Origin: an uncultured Acidimicrobiales bacterium
GTDB taxonomy: Bacteria > Actinomycetota > Acidimicrobiia > Acidimicrobiales > Bin134
DNA length: 64,000 nt
Assembly: GCA_951813555.1 (NCBI GenBank)
Contig: OX638344.1
Span: forward strand, 3,657,990 to 3,721,989
Reading direction: 5' to 3'
Positions 47,276 to 57,166 of the stretch are shown piece by piece. Under the pieces are notes generated by a model, which made no database searches, was not told the DNA's origin, and saw only the letters and a list, made by a program, of their open reading frames with translations. The position numbers and the translations under genes were made by a program. Each line of letters starts with the position of its first letter. The stretch's first letter is position 1.

Positions 47276-49744
47276 ATGGCGCGTACCTTCGTCAGTCATA
47301 GCCATAAGGACAAGAAACGATTTGTTGACGGATTCGTCCAACGACTGCGAGCGGAGGGCGTTGAGACGTGGTACGACACTTCAGATGTGAGGGCCGGCGA
47401 CATCCTCCCCGAGCGCGTGCTCAACAATGGCCTTTCCAGTTGCGATGTCTTCGTATATGTGCTCTCAAGCAGCTCTCTCCGCAGCAAGTGGGTCAGAAAA
47501 GAGCTCAACATTGCGTTGGTTCGACAGCTGAACGGCCTGTGCAGAATCATCCCGGTAGTGCTTGACGGTGTCAGCGTACCAATTTGTGTGATTGACATCA
47601 CCCGAGTAGAGATACAGGACACAAGTTCATACGACAGTGAATTCGATCGGATCATGGCTGGCATCTGTGACCCAATCAAGGGCGGACATGACGGCGGGTC
47701 CCCGGTGATCTCCAGTATTGACCGCTCTCGACAGATGGCTCCTCGGTTGCTTCACAATGCTCCGAGCCACTTCGTAAACCGCGACCGCGAAATAGACGCA
47801 CTCAACCGAGTCTTGGACGACTCCGAGAAATTGGACCGTCCTCGCGTTGCGGTACTGAACGGGATGCCAGGGGTCGGCAAGTCAGCGCTTGCCGCTCACT
47901 GGAGCAAATCGGTTCGTGATCGCTTCCCAGACGGATGCCTGTACGTCGACTTCTCGCCTCAAGGCCGCGGCCAGAACTATGATCTGAGTACCGCTTTGGC
48001 GGGTCTATTGTGCGACCTCGGGGTGACTGAAGAAGCCGTTCCTGCAACCCCCGATTCTCAGGCCGCTGCTATCCGACGCATAACCACGGGCAAACGTCTC
48101 CTACTCGTTGCCGACAACGTGATCGACGCCGCGCAGCTAAAGCAAGCCATGCCGAGTGGCCACGGCTCGGTGGTGGTCGCCACAGCAGACCACTACATGG
48201 GCGAACTAGCCATCGAACACGAGGCTGTGTCACTCGAGGTGAGGTCATTGGACCGCATCGACTCTGCGAAAGTGTTGCGGGAATTGACCGGAAGCGAACA
48301 CAAAGATACTACCGAAGAAGACTGGATGATTCTCAGCGACGTATGCGGCGGGCTTCCTCTCGCTCTGGCCGTTACCGGTGCCCGACTGCGCCGCCTTCAA
48401 TCATGGACAGTCCGCGAACTGATCGATGACATATTGTCGGCTGACGACCTTCTTGTCGCTGTGGCAGGCGACGACAATCGTTCGCTCAAGCGTGCTCTCG
48501 ATGCCACATATCGGTCCTTTGATGACAGGCTAAAGCGCTTCTACCGCAGAATTGGCATGTTTCCAGGCCGAACTATAGAACCCGCAATTGCGGCCGTTGT
48601 GGCCGAGGTACCATACTCCGAGGCTGTTCGATTGCTGGAGCGGCTTTACGATGCACATCTCGTCGTCGAAATACGGCAACGCCGCTACACCGTACACCAA
48701 CTTGTCGTAGCCCATATGAAGGCGGCGTTCCTCGAAGAAGAGCCGCCGCAGGAGAGCGAACAGCTCGCCACACGCATCATCAGCTGGTATTGCGGTGCTG
48801 TTCGCTGCGCTGATCGTGCAGTGGCAAGGGATCGTCTGCGACTTGCTCCTGAGGAGCACATCCACAGTGATATTCCGCCCCCTGAACTGGAGTCTCCTTC
48901 GTCGGCATACGAGTGGTATATGTCGGAGCGGTACAACATCCAGGACGTTATGCGGATGGCCTATGACATGGCCCATTGCCAACGGGTGTGGACAATTGCT
49001 GAGTCCTTGTGGCTGCTGTTCTCGGCCAGACGCTTGTTCGCCGATTGGCAGGAATGCGTCCAGCTAGGGGTGGCAGCAGCCCAAGTCTGCGAACATCGAG
49101 ATGCTGAGGCGCGCTTTAGATCGCAGCTCGCACGACTGCATGCAGAACGTGGTGAGCATGACCAGGCCCGCGTAGAGATATCGCATGCAATGGACTTGAT
49201 TAAGGCGAGTGAGAGTCTCATGCTTCGTGCCTCGATTACGGAGTTCTACGGCACCTGCGAATTCTTGGCTGGCAACTACGAAGAGGCGTTGGCAGCTTTC
49301 GACAATGTCTATGTTCAGATGAAATCTCTAGAGAGCGATCGTGGAGTTTCCATTGCAGAACTCCAGCGAAGCCGCGCATTGATGGAGATAGGCGACTTCT
49401 CGGCTGCCCTGGAAGCTGCCCGAAAATGCCAAACCTCATTCATGCGGCTAGGCGACGAGGTCAATGCTGCAAAGGCGGCTTTTGAGGTGGCCAGGGCTTC
49501 CGTTGAAATCCTGCCTAGTGCCGACGCGGTCGATGAAGTGCTGCGCGTTGTGGACACGCTGGATCGGATGGGCTTGGTATATCACACGGCATTGGCCCAC
49601 GAGCTCGCGGTACAATTGTTGAGACAGCAGAGACGACACGCAGAAGCAGCCCGACACACGCAGGCTGCCTACCAGTTGTACCGACGAATAGGACATGTCA
49701 GCGCTGATCGCATCGAGAATTTGCTCCTTGCTGACATTGCCTAA
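47276..49744 (+). CDS. TIR - NB-ARC (STAND) - TPR protein
   Basis: TIR: FVSHSHKDK, SKWVRKEL (catalytic Glu position intact). Walker A GMPGVGKS, LLVADN, GLPLAL, VHQLV; helical TPR-like C-terminus. Leaderless TAGCGT-N7-ATG. Confidence 0.92.
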   Translation: MARTFVSHSHKDKKRFVDGFVQRLRAEGVETWYDTSDVRAGDILPERVLNNGLSSCDVFVYVLSSSSLRSKWVRKELNIALVRQLNGLCRIIPVVLDGVSVPICVIDITRVEIQDTSSYDSEFDRIMAGICDPIKGGHDGGSPVISSIDRSRQMAPRLLHNAPSHFVNRDREIDALNRVLDDSEKLDRPRVAVLNGMPGVGKSALAAHWSKSVRDRFPDGCLYVDFSPQGRGQNYDLSTALAGLLCDLGVTEEAVPATPDSQAAAIRRITTGKRLLLVADNVIDAAQLKQAMPSGHGSVVVATADHYMGELAIEHEAVSLEVRSLDRIDSAKVLRELTGSEHKDTTEEDWMILSDVCGGLPLALAVTGARLRRLQSWTVRELIDDILSADDLLVAVAGDDNRSLKRALDATYRSFDDRLKRFYRRIGMFPGRTIEPAIAAVVAEVPYSEAVRLLERLYDAHLVVEIRQRRYTVHQLVVAHMKAAFLEEEPPQESEQLATRIISWYCGAVRCADRAVARDRLRLAPEEHIHSDIPPPELESPSSAYEWYMSERYNIQDVMRMAYDMAHCQRVWTIAESLWLLFSARRLFADWQECVQLGVAAAQVCEHRDAEARFRSQLARLHAERGEHDQARVEISHAMDLIKASESLMLRASITEFYGTCEFLAGNYEEALAAFDNVYVQMKSLESDRGVSIAELQRSRALMEIGDFSAALEAARKCQTSFMRLGDEVNAAKAAFEVARASVEILPSADAVDEVLRVVDTLDRMGLVYHTALAHELAVQLLRQQRRHAEAARHTQAAYQLYRRIGHVSADRIENLLLADIA

Positions 49745-49752
49745 AGGTGATG

Positions 49753-51442
49753 TCAATCGTCTCGCTGAATCGAGGCGTACTTCTGCTCACGGCCGAGTCT
49801 CACGGTAAAGCCACCGACGGCCTCAAGATCGTATCCGCCGGTCTCTAGTGCATACACCGCAGAGGCGAAAATGCTTGGGGCTACCCCTGCTGTCGAATTG
49901 CCCGTCCGCAGTTTGAAGCGACCACCATCAGAGCGCCAGAGCACAATGTCTGGCCCTTGTGCCGCGGCAACGGCGAACCGGCATCCCGGGTATCGATGCA
50001 ACATCTGTTCGGGAGAGTGAACCTCCGCCGAGTCGAACACAATGGCGGCGTTGGGCGGAAGTCGGGTGTCGGGCTCGCAAACGTCGCAAACGAGGTGGTG
50101 CTGCATCTGGTGCCCCGTTCGGGGGGGGGGGGGGGGGGGGGGGGGTAACTGGAAATCGTTCGACTGTGACTTGCTCGGCCGAGTTGATCGACGTGAAGAC
50201 GCGATGGCTGTAAATGACGGGCAATGGATGCGGTGGCAGAGGCATCGCCAGTGTGCGGGGTCCGAAGGAGGGTGCGTCGAGTCCGATCAGACGATAAATG
50301 AGATCCCGGTGAAGCCGGAATGCCTCTCCAGGCTGGCTGCTGACCCTCTGCGCAATGTTCTGATAACGGCTGGGGCTGTGGTCACGGATAGCGCTCTCGA
50401 TCTGGAGTCGCAAGGATGCTGAGAGATCGATCTGAGTGGAGAGACGACCGAGCTGAGCGATCGGTGAGTTGGCAATTATGTCATCGGAGGCGAGTCCGAT
50501 ATTCATCATTGGCAGCCCGAGCGCCGCACCATACAGCCCCACAGATCCGTGGTCGTGAATCACAGCATCGGATGCCACCAGCACGCTGCGCCAAGCGTTG
50601 CCAGAGGGAGGAATGGCAAGTACACCAGCGTCGTTGGCCCGCTTTGACCACGTGCGCACCTGCCAAAGGCCGTGGGCAGTCCAGATGTTGGGATGCACGA
50701 TCATCGCGACTCTGCAACTGTCCGCCGGCAGCTCTGAGGCGAGTCGAGTCCCGATATCAGGAATGGCAGCAAGCACGGCATCAGGCCCCCACGTGGAACT
50801 CACAACGACGAGCCGTTGGTGGGCATCAAGTCCGAGGGCGCTGCGATAGTGATCTCGCAGCGGCTTGCTGGCCTGGAGCCGATCGAGGCACGGATCGCCT
50901 GCCATTACCACTTCAACATCCGGCTGACCCCGGGCGAATAGCTCTTCCTGTTCCGGGTGGGAGAGCATCACTGTCGTGGCGGCGGCTTGGGACGATGCAT
51001 GCGGTATCGACGGCACGGGGAAGCTACCGTCGGCAGGCAGGGCGCCCTGCTTGCAAATGCTTCCTCCGTGCAGGCCAAGCAGGAGCGGACACTTGAGATG
51101 GTGCAGGCTCCCTTCGAAGCTGGCGGCAATGGCTAGGTCGAAGCGTTGATCCAAAGCCTGCGACCATGGGATGACGACAGCGTCGGAAATCGACTCGATG
51201 TCTGTAAGACCCCGGCTGAAGGTATCGGGCTCATCCTCGTCGACAGCAAAGACAAGCTGAATGCGCGGGTCGGCGAGAATCTCGTCTAGGAAATCAAAAA
51301 TCCATAGTGCAGTGGTAGGTCCGCGGGCGACGACGAGAACGGTGCGCTCAAAGGGAAACGTACGCCATCGGTTTGCCGACTCGCCGACAGGCGCCATCTG
51401 CCAGCGCGGAGGTAAGTCGCCGTGGACGGGCACGGCGCTCAT
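49753..51442 (-). CDS. GT-B fold protein (TagB/TagF glycerophosphotransferase-like), frameshifted at a homopolymer
   Basis: LHGGSICK, AGDPCLDRL, VSSTWGP, HPNIW, ASDAVIHDHGSVGLY. The probable C-terminus (HLVCDVCEPD..RYPGC..SIFASAVYA) is in another frame after the C25 run. Confidence 0.75.
50121..50145 (+). repeat. G25 homopolymer tract
   Basis: 25 consecutive G; a length of 24 (or another multiple of 3) joins the two ORFs in frame. Confidence 0.95.
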
Positions 51443-51514
51443 TGTAGTTACCGCATTGTGTTTCGCCGAGATGGCCAAAGAGGGCTCGCCTGAAAATCGG
51501 TCAACGTAAGGCCA

Positions 51515-51544
51515 GTCATCCGGGCCACGCTACTCTGCGGCCAT
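51515..51544 (+). repeat. 30-bp direct repeat, right boundary of the cassette
   Basis: GTCATCCGGGCCACGCTACTCTGCGGCCAT; includes the TACTCT -10 and the start of the SDR gene. Confidence 0.9.
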
Positions 51545-52448
51545 GAGCAACAGATTGTTTGGCAAGGCGGCGATGGTCACGGGGGCGGGCAATGGGATCG
51601 GGAGGTCCATTGCGCTGCTCTTGGCGGAGCATAGGGCGCAGGTGGTGGTCAACGACCTGGGGACCGACGAGCTAGGCGACGGGACCGACGACTCCCATGC
51701 GGCCCGCACGGTGGCCGACATCGAGGCGGCGGGGGGCACGGCGGTGGCCAACCACAGCGACGTGGCCACTTTCGAGGGCGCCGGAGATGTGGTGCAGCAG
51801 GTGGTGGACACCTATGGGCGCATCGACATCGCGGTGAACTGCGCGGGGGCGGCCATCGGGGGGTCGATATATGAGATGGCACCGGAGCTGTATCACAAGA
51901 CCATCGCGTTGCAGATGTCCCAGAAGTGGTACATCGCCCGCCATGCGGTGCCGCTGATGGTGGCCCAGGGCTGGGGCCGGGTGGTGAATACCACCTCGCA
52001 CGGGGCGCTGGGCGATCTGGGCCAGCCGGCGTTCGCCGCGGCCATGGGCGGGGTGATCTCCATGACCAAGGCGCTGGCCACCGAGACGGCGGGAACCGGG
52101 GTGACCGTGAACTGCCTGGCGCCGGGGGCGGCCACCCGGCTGCACGCCAAGTCGCACGACGAATTCAAGGCCTGGCACGAGCAGGGCATCATCGACGACG
52201 AGATGTGGCAGAGCTACCTCACCACTCCCCCGCCCGAATACGTGGCTCCCGCGGTGGTGTGGCTGTGCACCGACGCGGCCGACTACGTCAGCGGCCACGT
52301 GGTCCACGCCGCCGGTGGCCAGGTGGCGGTGTTCAACGAGTTGCGGGAGGAGCGGGCCATCTACCGGGGCGACCACTCCCAGGTCGAACCATGGACCCTC
52401 GACGAGCTCGACCACCTGTTCCCCCGCAACCTCCTCCCCCGGCCCTGA
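51543..52448 (+). CDS. SDR family oxidoreductase
   Basis: VTGAGNGIG, VVVNDLG, VNCAG, VNCLAPGAATR; the YxxxK motif appears as FAAAM. Confidence 0.9.
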   Translation: MSNRLFGKAAMVTGAGNGIGRSIALLLAEHRAQVVVNDLGTDELGDGTDDSHAARTVADIEAAGGTAVANHSDVATFEGAGDVVQQVVDTYGRIDIAVNCAGAAIGGSIYEMAPELYHKTIALQMSQKWYIARHAVPLMVAQGWGRVVNTTSHGALGDLGQPAFAAAMGGVISMTKALATETAGTGVTVNCLAPGAATRLHAKSHDEFKAWHEQGIIDDEMWQSYLTTPPPEYVAPAVVWLCTDAADYVSGHVVHAAGGQVAVFNELREERAIYRGDHSQVEPWTLDELDHLFPRNLLPRP

Positions 52449-52469
52449 CGCCTGGCTGCGCCCCAGCTG

Positions 52470-53048
52470 TCAGAGGGCGTGCTGGCACACCCAGCGGTGC
52501 ATGGCGATGCCGGAGGCCACGCCGGCGTTGATGGAGCGGGTGGACCCGAACTGGGTGATGGCCAGCACGGCCTCGCAGGCAGCAGCAGCCTCGGCTGACA
52601 GCCCAGGACCTTCCTGGCCGAACAACAGCACACCGCGCTCGGGCAGCGAGTAGCCCTCGATGGGCTCGGTGCCGGGGCCGTTGTCGATGCCCAGGATTGG
52701 CAATTCGGCCTCGGAAGCCCAGGCGATCAGATCGTCCAAGCCAGGGTGGTGCAGCACGTGCAGGTAGCGGTCGGTGACCATGGCGCCCCGGCGGTTCCAG
52801 CGCCGACGGCCCACGATGTGCACCGCAGCCGCCCCGAAGGCGTTGGCGTTGCGGACCAGGGTCCCGATGTTGAGGTCGTGCTGCCAGTTCTCCACCGCCA
52901 CATGGAACCCGTGGCGGCGGGCGTCGAGGTCGGCCACGATGGCCTCGTGGTGCCAGAAGCGGTAGGCGTCCACCACATTGCGGGTGTCGCCGCCCTCCAC
53001 CAACTCGGGGTCGAGATGAGGCGGGAGGCGCTCAGCCCACCGCGGCAA
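52470..53048 (-). CDS. TrmH/SpoU family RNA methyltransferase
   Basis: ENWQHDLNIG, FGQEGPGLS, GSTRSINAGVA; start uncertain. Confidence 0.9.
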   Translation of the reverse strand: MPRWAERLPPHLDPELVEGGDTRNVVDAYRFWHHEAIVADLDARRHGFHVAVENWQHDLNIGTLVRNANAFGAAAVHIVGRRRWNRRGAMVTDRYLHVLHHPGLDDLIAWASEAELPILGIDNGPGTEPIEGYSLPERGVLLFGQEGPGLSAEAAAACEAVLAITQFGSTRSINAGVASGIAMHRWVCQHAL

Positions 53049-53123
53049 AGCCCGTCCCCTCCCCCGCGGCGGTGCTCATTGCATGACCGTACCAACCCGC
53101 TGGCAATCGACTAGAAACTCCCC

Positions 53124-54413
53124 ATGACCCACCGCTTCGTTCCTGCTGCCACATCGATGCTGCTGGCGGTCTCGCTGATGGCCGCCGCGTGCAGCGATGC
53201 CGACACTCCAGCCCTTGGCGACGGCTCGCTCGGGTTCGTCACAGTGGGCGAGGGAGAGGCCATCCAGATCCGGTCGGTCAGCACGATTGGGCATGACGAC
53301 GCCGGTGCCCGCGACTACGTCCACGTGATCGAGACCGCAATCGAAGACTACGGGCCCATCCACGGCAGGTTCACCGTAGATCTCGGCAACGCCATCGACG
53401 ACGGGTGCTCTGCCGACGACGGCCCGAGAGTCGCCGAGGCAGTGCTAGCCGACGACGAAGTTGTGGGAGTGATCGGCACGTCTTGTTCGGCAACCGCCAC
53501 CACCGCAGTGCCGTTGATCACCGCCGCGGGCATGGTGGTGATCTCCATGTCAAACAGCTCGCCCTTGCTCACATCCGACCTGGCCGGCAACCCCGCTGAG
53601 TACTACCAGCAGGGGTACTACCGCACGTGTCAAAACGACCTCTACCAGGGTGAGGCGGTGTCCGCCTTTCTGCACAATACGATCCAAGCCCAGAGTACGG
53701 CGGTCGTCCACGAGGGCGACGCCTATACCAAGGGGCTGGCCCAGGCCTTCCGCACCGCATTCGAGCGCCGCGGCGGCACGGTGACTGGCTTCGTTGAGAT
53801 CAACCCGGACTCGGCCGATCTGGCCGAGGTGCTGACCCGACTGGCCTCCGGCAATCCCGACGCCCTGTATTTCCCGCTCACCGAGGAAACGGCTGCCGAG
53901 TTCATCGTGGCACTGAGACGCAATGGCGAGTTCGAGGACACGGTGCTGGCGTCGGGCGACGGCGTCATCCACGACACATTCCTGTCACTTGATGAATCAC
54001 GCGGCGTGTTTATCTCCGGCCCCGATTTGGAATTCGGCGGCAACACCAACCAGGCCACCGGCGTGGACGCCCAGCAAGCGGCCGACCGGTTCAGCAACAA
54101 GACGGGAGCGCCCCCCAACCGGGCTTTCTGGGCCCACGCCTACGACGCCACCACCTTGCTGCTCGATGCCGTCACCGCCGCATCGCGATTTGATGGCCGC
54201 GGACTCGTGATCGACAGGGCGGGAATCCGCCAGTACCTGAACCAGGTTGGCGGGTACCAGGGGCTCATCGGCGACATCGACTGCGATGCGTTCGGGGATT
54301 GCGGCTCGGGGAGGATAGCGATCATCGAGCACCTGAACCCCGCAGACACCCTTGCCTCCCGAGACAACGTGGTCTATCGGTTTTCCCCGCAGACGCCCGC
54401 CACAGACGACTAG
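53124..54413 (+). CDS. Branched-chain amino acid ABC transporter substrate-binding lipoprotein (LivK-like)
   Basis: Lipobox AAAC, DDGCS, VIGTSCS, YYRTCQNDLYQG, AYDA. Confidence 0.9.
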   Translation: MTHRFVPAATSMLLAVSLMAAACSDADTPALGDGSLGFVTVGEGEAIQIRSVSTIGHDDAGARDYVHVIETAIEDYGPIHGRFTVDLGNAIDDGCSADDGPRVAEAVLADDEVVGVIGTSCSATATTAVPLITAAGMVVISMSNSSPLLTSDLAGNPAEYYQQGYYRTCQNDLYQGEAVSAFLHNTIQAQSTAVVHEGDAYTKGLAQAFRTAFERRGGTVTGFVEINPDSADLAEVLTRLASGNPDALYFPLTEETAAEFIVALRRNGEFEDTVLASGDGVIHDTFLSLDESRGVFISGPDLEFGGNTNQATGVDAQQAADRFSNKTGAPPNRAFWAHAYDATTLLLDAVTAASRFDGRGLVIDRAGIRQYLNQVGGYQGLIGDIDCDAFGDCGSGRIAIIEHLNPADTLASRDNVVYRFSPQTPATDD

Positions 54414-55432
54414 ACCATCGCGGCGATGCGCTCGGCGTGCTCGTCGAGCGATCCGAAGCAGGGGGTGAGCGCCCAGGCCCGTTTGAGGTAGAGGTGGGCG
54501 TCGATCTCCCAGGTGAAGCCCATGCCGCCGTGGATCTGAACGCAATCCTTGCCGTTGTGGTCAGCAGCTTCGGCGGCCAGGATGCGGGCTCCCGACACCG
54601 CTCGGACCAATTCCCGATGCTCGTGATCGCCTCGCGCGTCATGAGGGTCGATTGTGCATCCGTGGAAGTACAGATCGCCGCCGGGGTTCGCGGGCAGGCC
54701 AGGCCCCATCGTGGCGTCCATCACGCAGCCGGCGTAGTACAGGGCGGCTCGGGCCACCTCTTCCCGGCTGTACATGTCGGCGCACATGTGCTTGACCGCC
54801 TGGAACTGGCCGATGGGCTTGCCGAACTGCTGGCGCTCCTGGGCATAGGACACGGCCAGCTCCCGGGCGCCGGTGGCCAGGCCGACTTGGAGGGCCGAGC
54901 ACAGGAACACCGCCCGGTTTGCCCACCCGTAGCATCCGCCCACCGCCTCGCCCTGGGGGAGCACGTCCACCCGCCCCACCGGAGTGAGCGGGTCCACTGA
55001 ATGGGCCGCATCGATCGACAATTCGGCGGCGTCCACCCGCCACACCCCGTCGCCGTCGAGAACCAGCAAGGCGTCGATCACGTCGGGGTACTCCACCAAT
55101 GCGGGCCCGGTGGGACGCTCGATGAAACCCACCACCGCATCGTCAACCACCTCCGCAGCCAACAGGGATCCCACCAGCGGCCCGGGAACCAGGGCCCGGC
55201 CCAGCTGCTCGAACACCAGACCAGCCTCGGCCCAGCCCAGTCCGACCCCGCCTTCGTCCTCGGGCACCAATAGCGAGAACACACCGGTTTCGGCCAGCTC
55301 AGCCCACAGTCGGCGATCCACCCCACCGCAGTCGGCAAGCCCCCGAACGGTGTCGATGTCGAAGCGGCCCTGGCACAGGTCCCGGATGCCGTCGCACAAC
55401 GCAACTTGGTCTTCAGTCAACTCAAAATCCAT
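54410..55432 (-). CDS. Acyl-CoA dehydrogenase, short heterotetramer-type subunit
   Basis: RQQFGKPIGQFQAVKH, QIHGGMGFTWE. Confidence 0.92.
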   Translation of the reverse strand: MDFELTEDQVALCDGIRDLCQGRFDIDTVRGLADCGGVDRRLWAELAETGVFSLLVPEDEGGVGLGWAEAGLVFEQLGRALVPGPLVGSLLAAEVVDDAVVGFIERPTGPALVEYPDVIDALLVLDGDGVWRVDAAELSIDAAHSVDPLTPVGRVDVLPQGEAVGGCYGWANRAVFLCSALQVGLATGARELAVSYAQERQQFGKPIGQFQAVKHMCADMYSREEVARAALYYAGCVMDATMGPGLPANPGGDLYFHGCTIDPHDARGDHEHRELVRAVSGARILAAEAADHNGKDCVQIHGGMGFTWEIDAHLYLKRAWALTPCFGSLDEHAERIAAMV

Positions 55433-56626
55433 CTACCGCTCCTTGGGCAAGCCCAGGATGCGCTCGCCGATGATGTTTCGTTGAATCTCAGAGGTGCCGG
55501 CCGCGATCGAAAGGCTGAGGACGTACAGCCGGCTGGCCACCATATCGCCGCCGGTCTGCTCGTCACCGGCTTCGTCGCCAAACACCAGAGCCTCTCGCTC
55601 CAACAAGCGGTGGGCCAGTTCGGCCATGCGCTTCTTGACGTCGGCGTAGTAGAGCTTGAACACCGAGCCACCCGGTCCGGGCATTCCGGTGCGCTGGGCT
55701 TGCGACACGACCCGCTTGGTCAGCGCCCATAGAGCGTCGTATTCGACTTGGAGGCGGCCGAACTCCCGGCGTATTTCGTCGTCGTCCCAGGCAGAAGAAC
55801 CGTTGCGGCAAATGTTGCGGGCGACGTCAGCCATGTCGGCCAATTGGTTCATGGTGCCGAGCAGCTCGCTGATGAACGCGGTGCCCCGCTCGAAGCTGAA
55901 GGTGACCATGGCCACTCGCCAGCCGTCGTTCTCGTCGCCCACCCGGTTCTCCACCGGAATGCGGACCTCGTCGAAGAACACCTCGCAAAACTCACTGGAA
56001 CCGGCCACGGTGGTGATGGGCCTCACCTCGATGCCCGGCAGGTCCATGGGGCAGATCAGCCAGGTGATGCCCCGGTGCTTGGGGGCGTCGGGGTCGGTGC
56101 GCACCAGCAGCTCGCAGTAGTCGGCCACGTGGCCGAACGAAGTCCAGATCTTCTGGCCGGTTACCACGTAGTGGTTGCCGTCGCGTATGGCCCGGGTGGA
56201 CAGCGAGGCCAGGTCGGAACCCGCGTTGGGCTCGGAAAAGCCCTGGCACCACACCTCCTCGCCCTTCAACATGGCGGGCAAGTGGCGGGCCTGCTGTTCC
56301 GGTGTGGCCTCGAGAATGAGGGTGGGGCCGGCGTGGAGCTGGCCCACGAAGTTCATCCCCACGTAGGGGGCACCCATCCGGGTGGTCTCTTCCAAGAAGA
56401 TCAGGTGCTCGGTGGGGGTGGACCCTCGGCCGCCGAACTCCGAGGGCCAGTTGATGCCCGCATACCCGGCGTCGTACAGCATCCGCTGCCAGCCGGTGTC
56501 CCACTCCCGACGGGCGGGCCAATCGTCGCTGTCCGGCGGGTCGCCCAGAGTGGGAAGCACGTCGGTGAGCCAGTCGCGCAGCTGATCGCGGAACGCGACC
56601 TCGTCTGCGGTGAATCGAATATCCAT
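55433..56626 (-). CDS. Acyl-CoA dehydrogenase
   Basis: WCQGFSEPNAGSDLASL, GQKIWTS, GTSEIQRNIIGERILGLP. Confidence 0.93.
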   Translation of the reverse strand: MDIRFTADEVAFRDQLRDWLTDVLPTLGDPPDSDDWPARREWDTGWQRMLYDAGYAGINWPSEFGGRGSTPTEHLIFLEETTRMGAPYVGMNFVGQLHAGPTLILEATPEQQARHLPAMLKGEEVWCQGFSEPNAGSDLASLSTRAIRDGNHYVVTGQKIWTSFGHVADYCELLVRTDPDAPKHRGITWLICPMDLPGIEVRPITTVAGSSEFCEVFFDEVRIPVENRVGDENDGWRVAMVTFSFERGTAFISELLGTMNQLADMADVARNICRNGSSAWDDDEIRREFGRLQVEYDALWALTKRVVSQAQRTGMPGPGGSVFKLYYADVKKRMAELAHRLLEREALVFGDEAGDEQTGGDMVASRLYVLSLSIAAGTSEIQRNIIGERILGLPKER

Positions 56627-56647
56627 CGGCAGCGATGGTACCGACCC

Positions 56648-57166
56648 TCAGAGGAGCGGCAGTAGTTGGTCCATCAGAGTGTCGATCTCTTGGGCGCAGG
56701 CCACGAACTCGCTGTCCTCTCCCCCACCGGGGTCGACCACCTCCTCATCTCGGGGCACCTTCGCTTCGGCCAGGTTGAGCGCGGCCACCCGCTGGGCGAG
56801 CGGTGCGGGGCCGGGCTTCAACTCGGCCACCAGGCGCTTGATGGTGGCGGTTCGGGCGGCCGCCTCGGAATGGATTCGGCGAACATAATCCACGTGCTCG
56901 GGGGAGAAGGCCACAATGAGATCTGCATCATGAACATCAGCGGCAGTGAGCTGGTGGCTGCGATGGGTTCCGTCGGCCAATCCCAGGGTGTCCAGAGCCC
57001 GACGGGTCCTCCCGCTCATGGGCAGACCCTCGATGCTGTGGGTACCTGCGCCGACGAAACGCACTTCGTCTGTGCGGTCCCGGCCTATGACGGTTGCCAT
57101 CACGGAGCGAGCGGCGTTGCCGGTACACAGCATCACTACCACCGGTCGGTTATCAGAAACGCTCAT
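56648..57166 (-). CDS. Low-molecular-weight phosphatase family protein
   Basis: CTGNAARS, GAGT, VVDP. Confidence 0.85.
   Translation of the reverse strand: MSVSDNRPVVVMLCTGNAARSVMATVIGRDRTDEVRFVGAGTHSIEGLPMSGRTRRALDTLGLADGTHRSHQLTAADVHDADLIVAFSPEHVDYVRRIHSEAAARTATIKRLVAELKPGPAPLAQRVAALNLAEAKVPRDEEVVDPGGGEDSEFVACAQEIDTLMDQLLPLL

Noticed and set aside
49928-50120. Pro/Arg-rich C-terminus of the 516-aa ORF as a real domain
   Set aside because: Best explained as the out-of-frame product of the homopolymer; the alternative frame looks protein-like.
53108-54414. 8-bp CGACTAGA direct repeat flanking the livK-like gene
   Set aside because: Too short to distinguish from chance.
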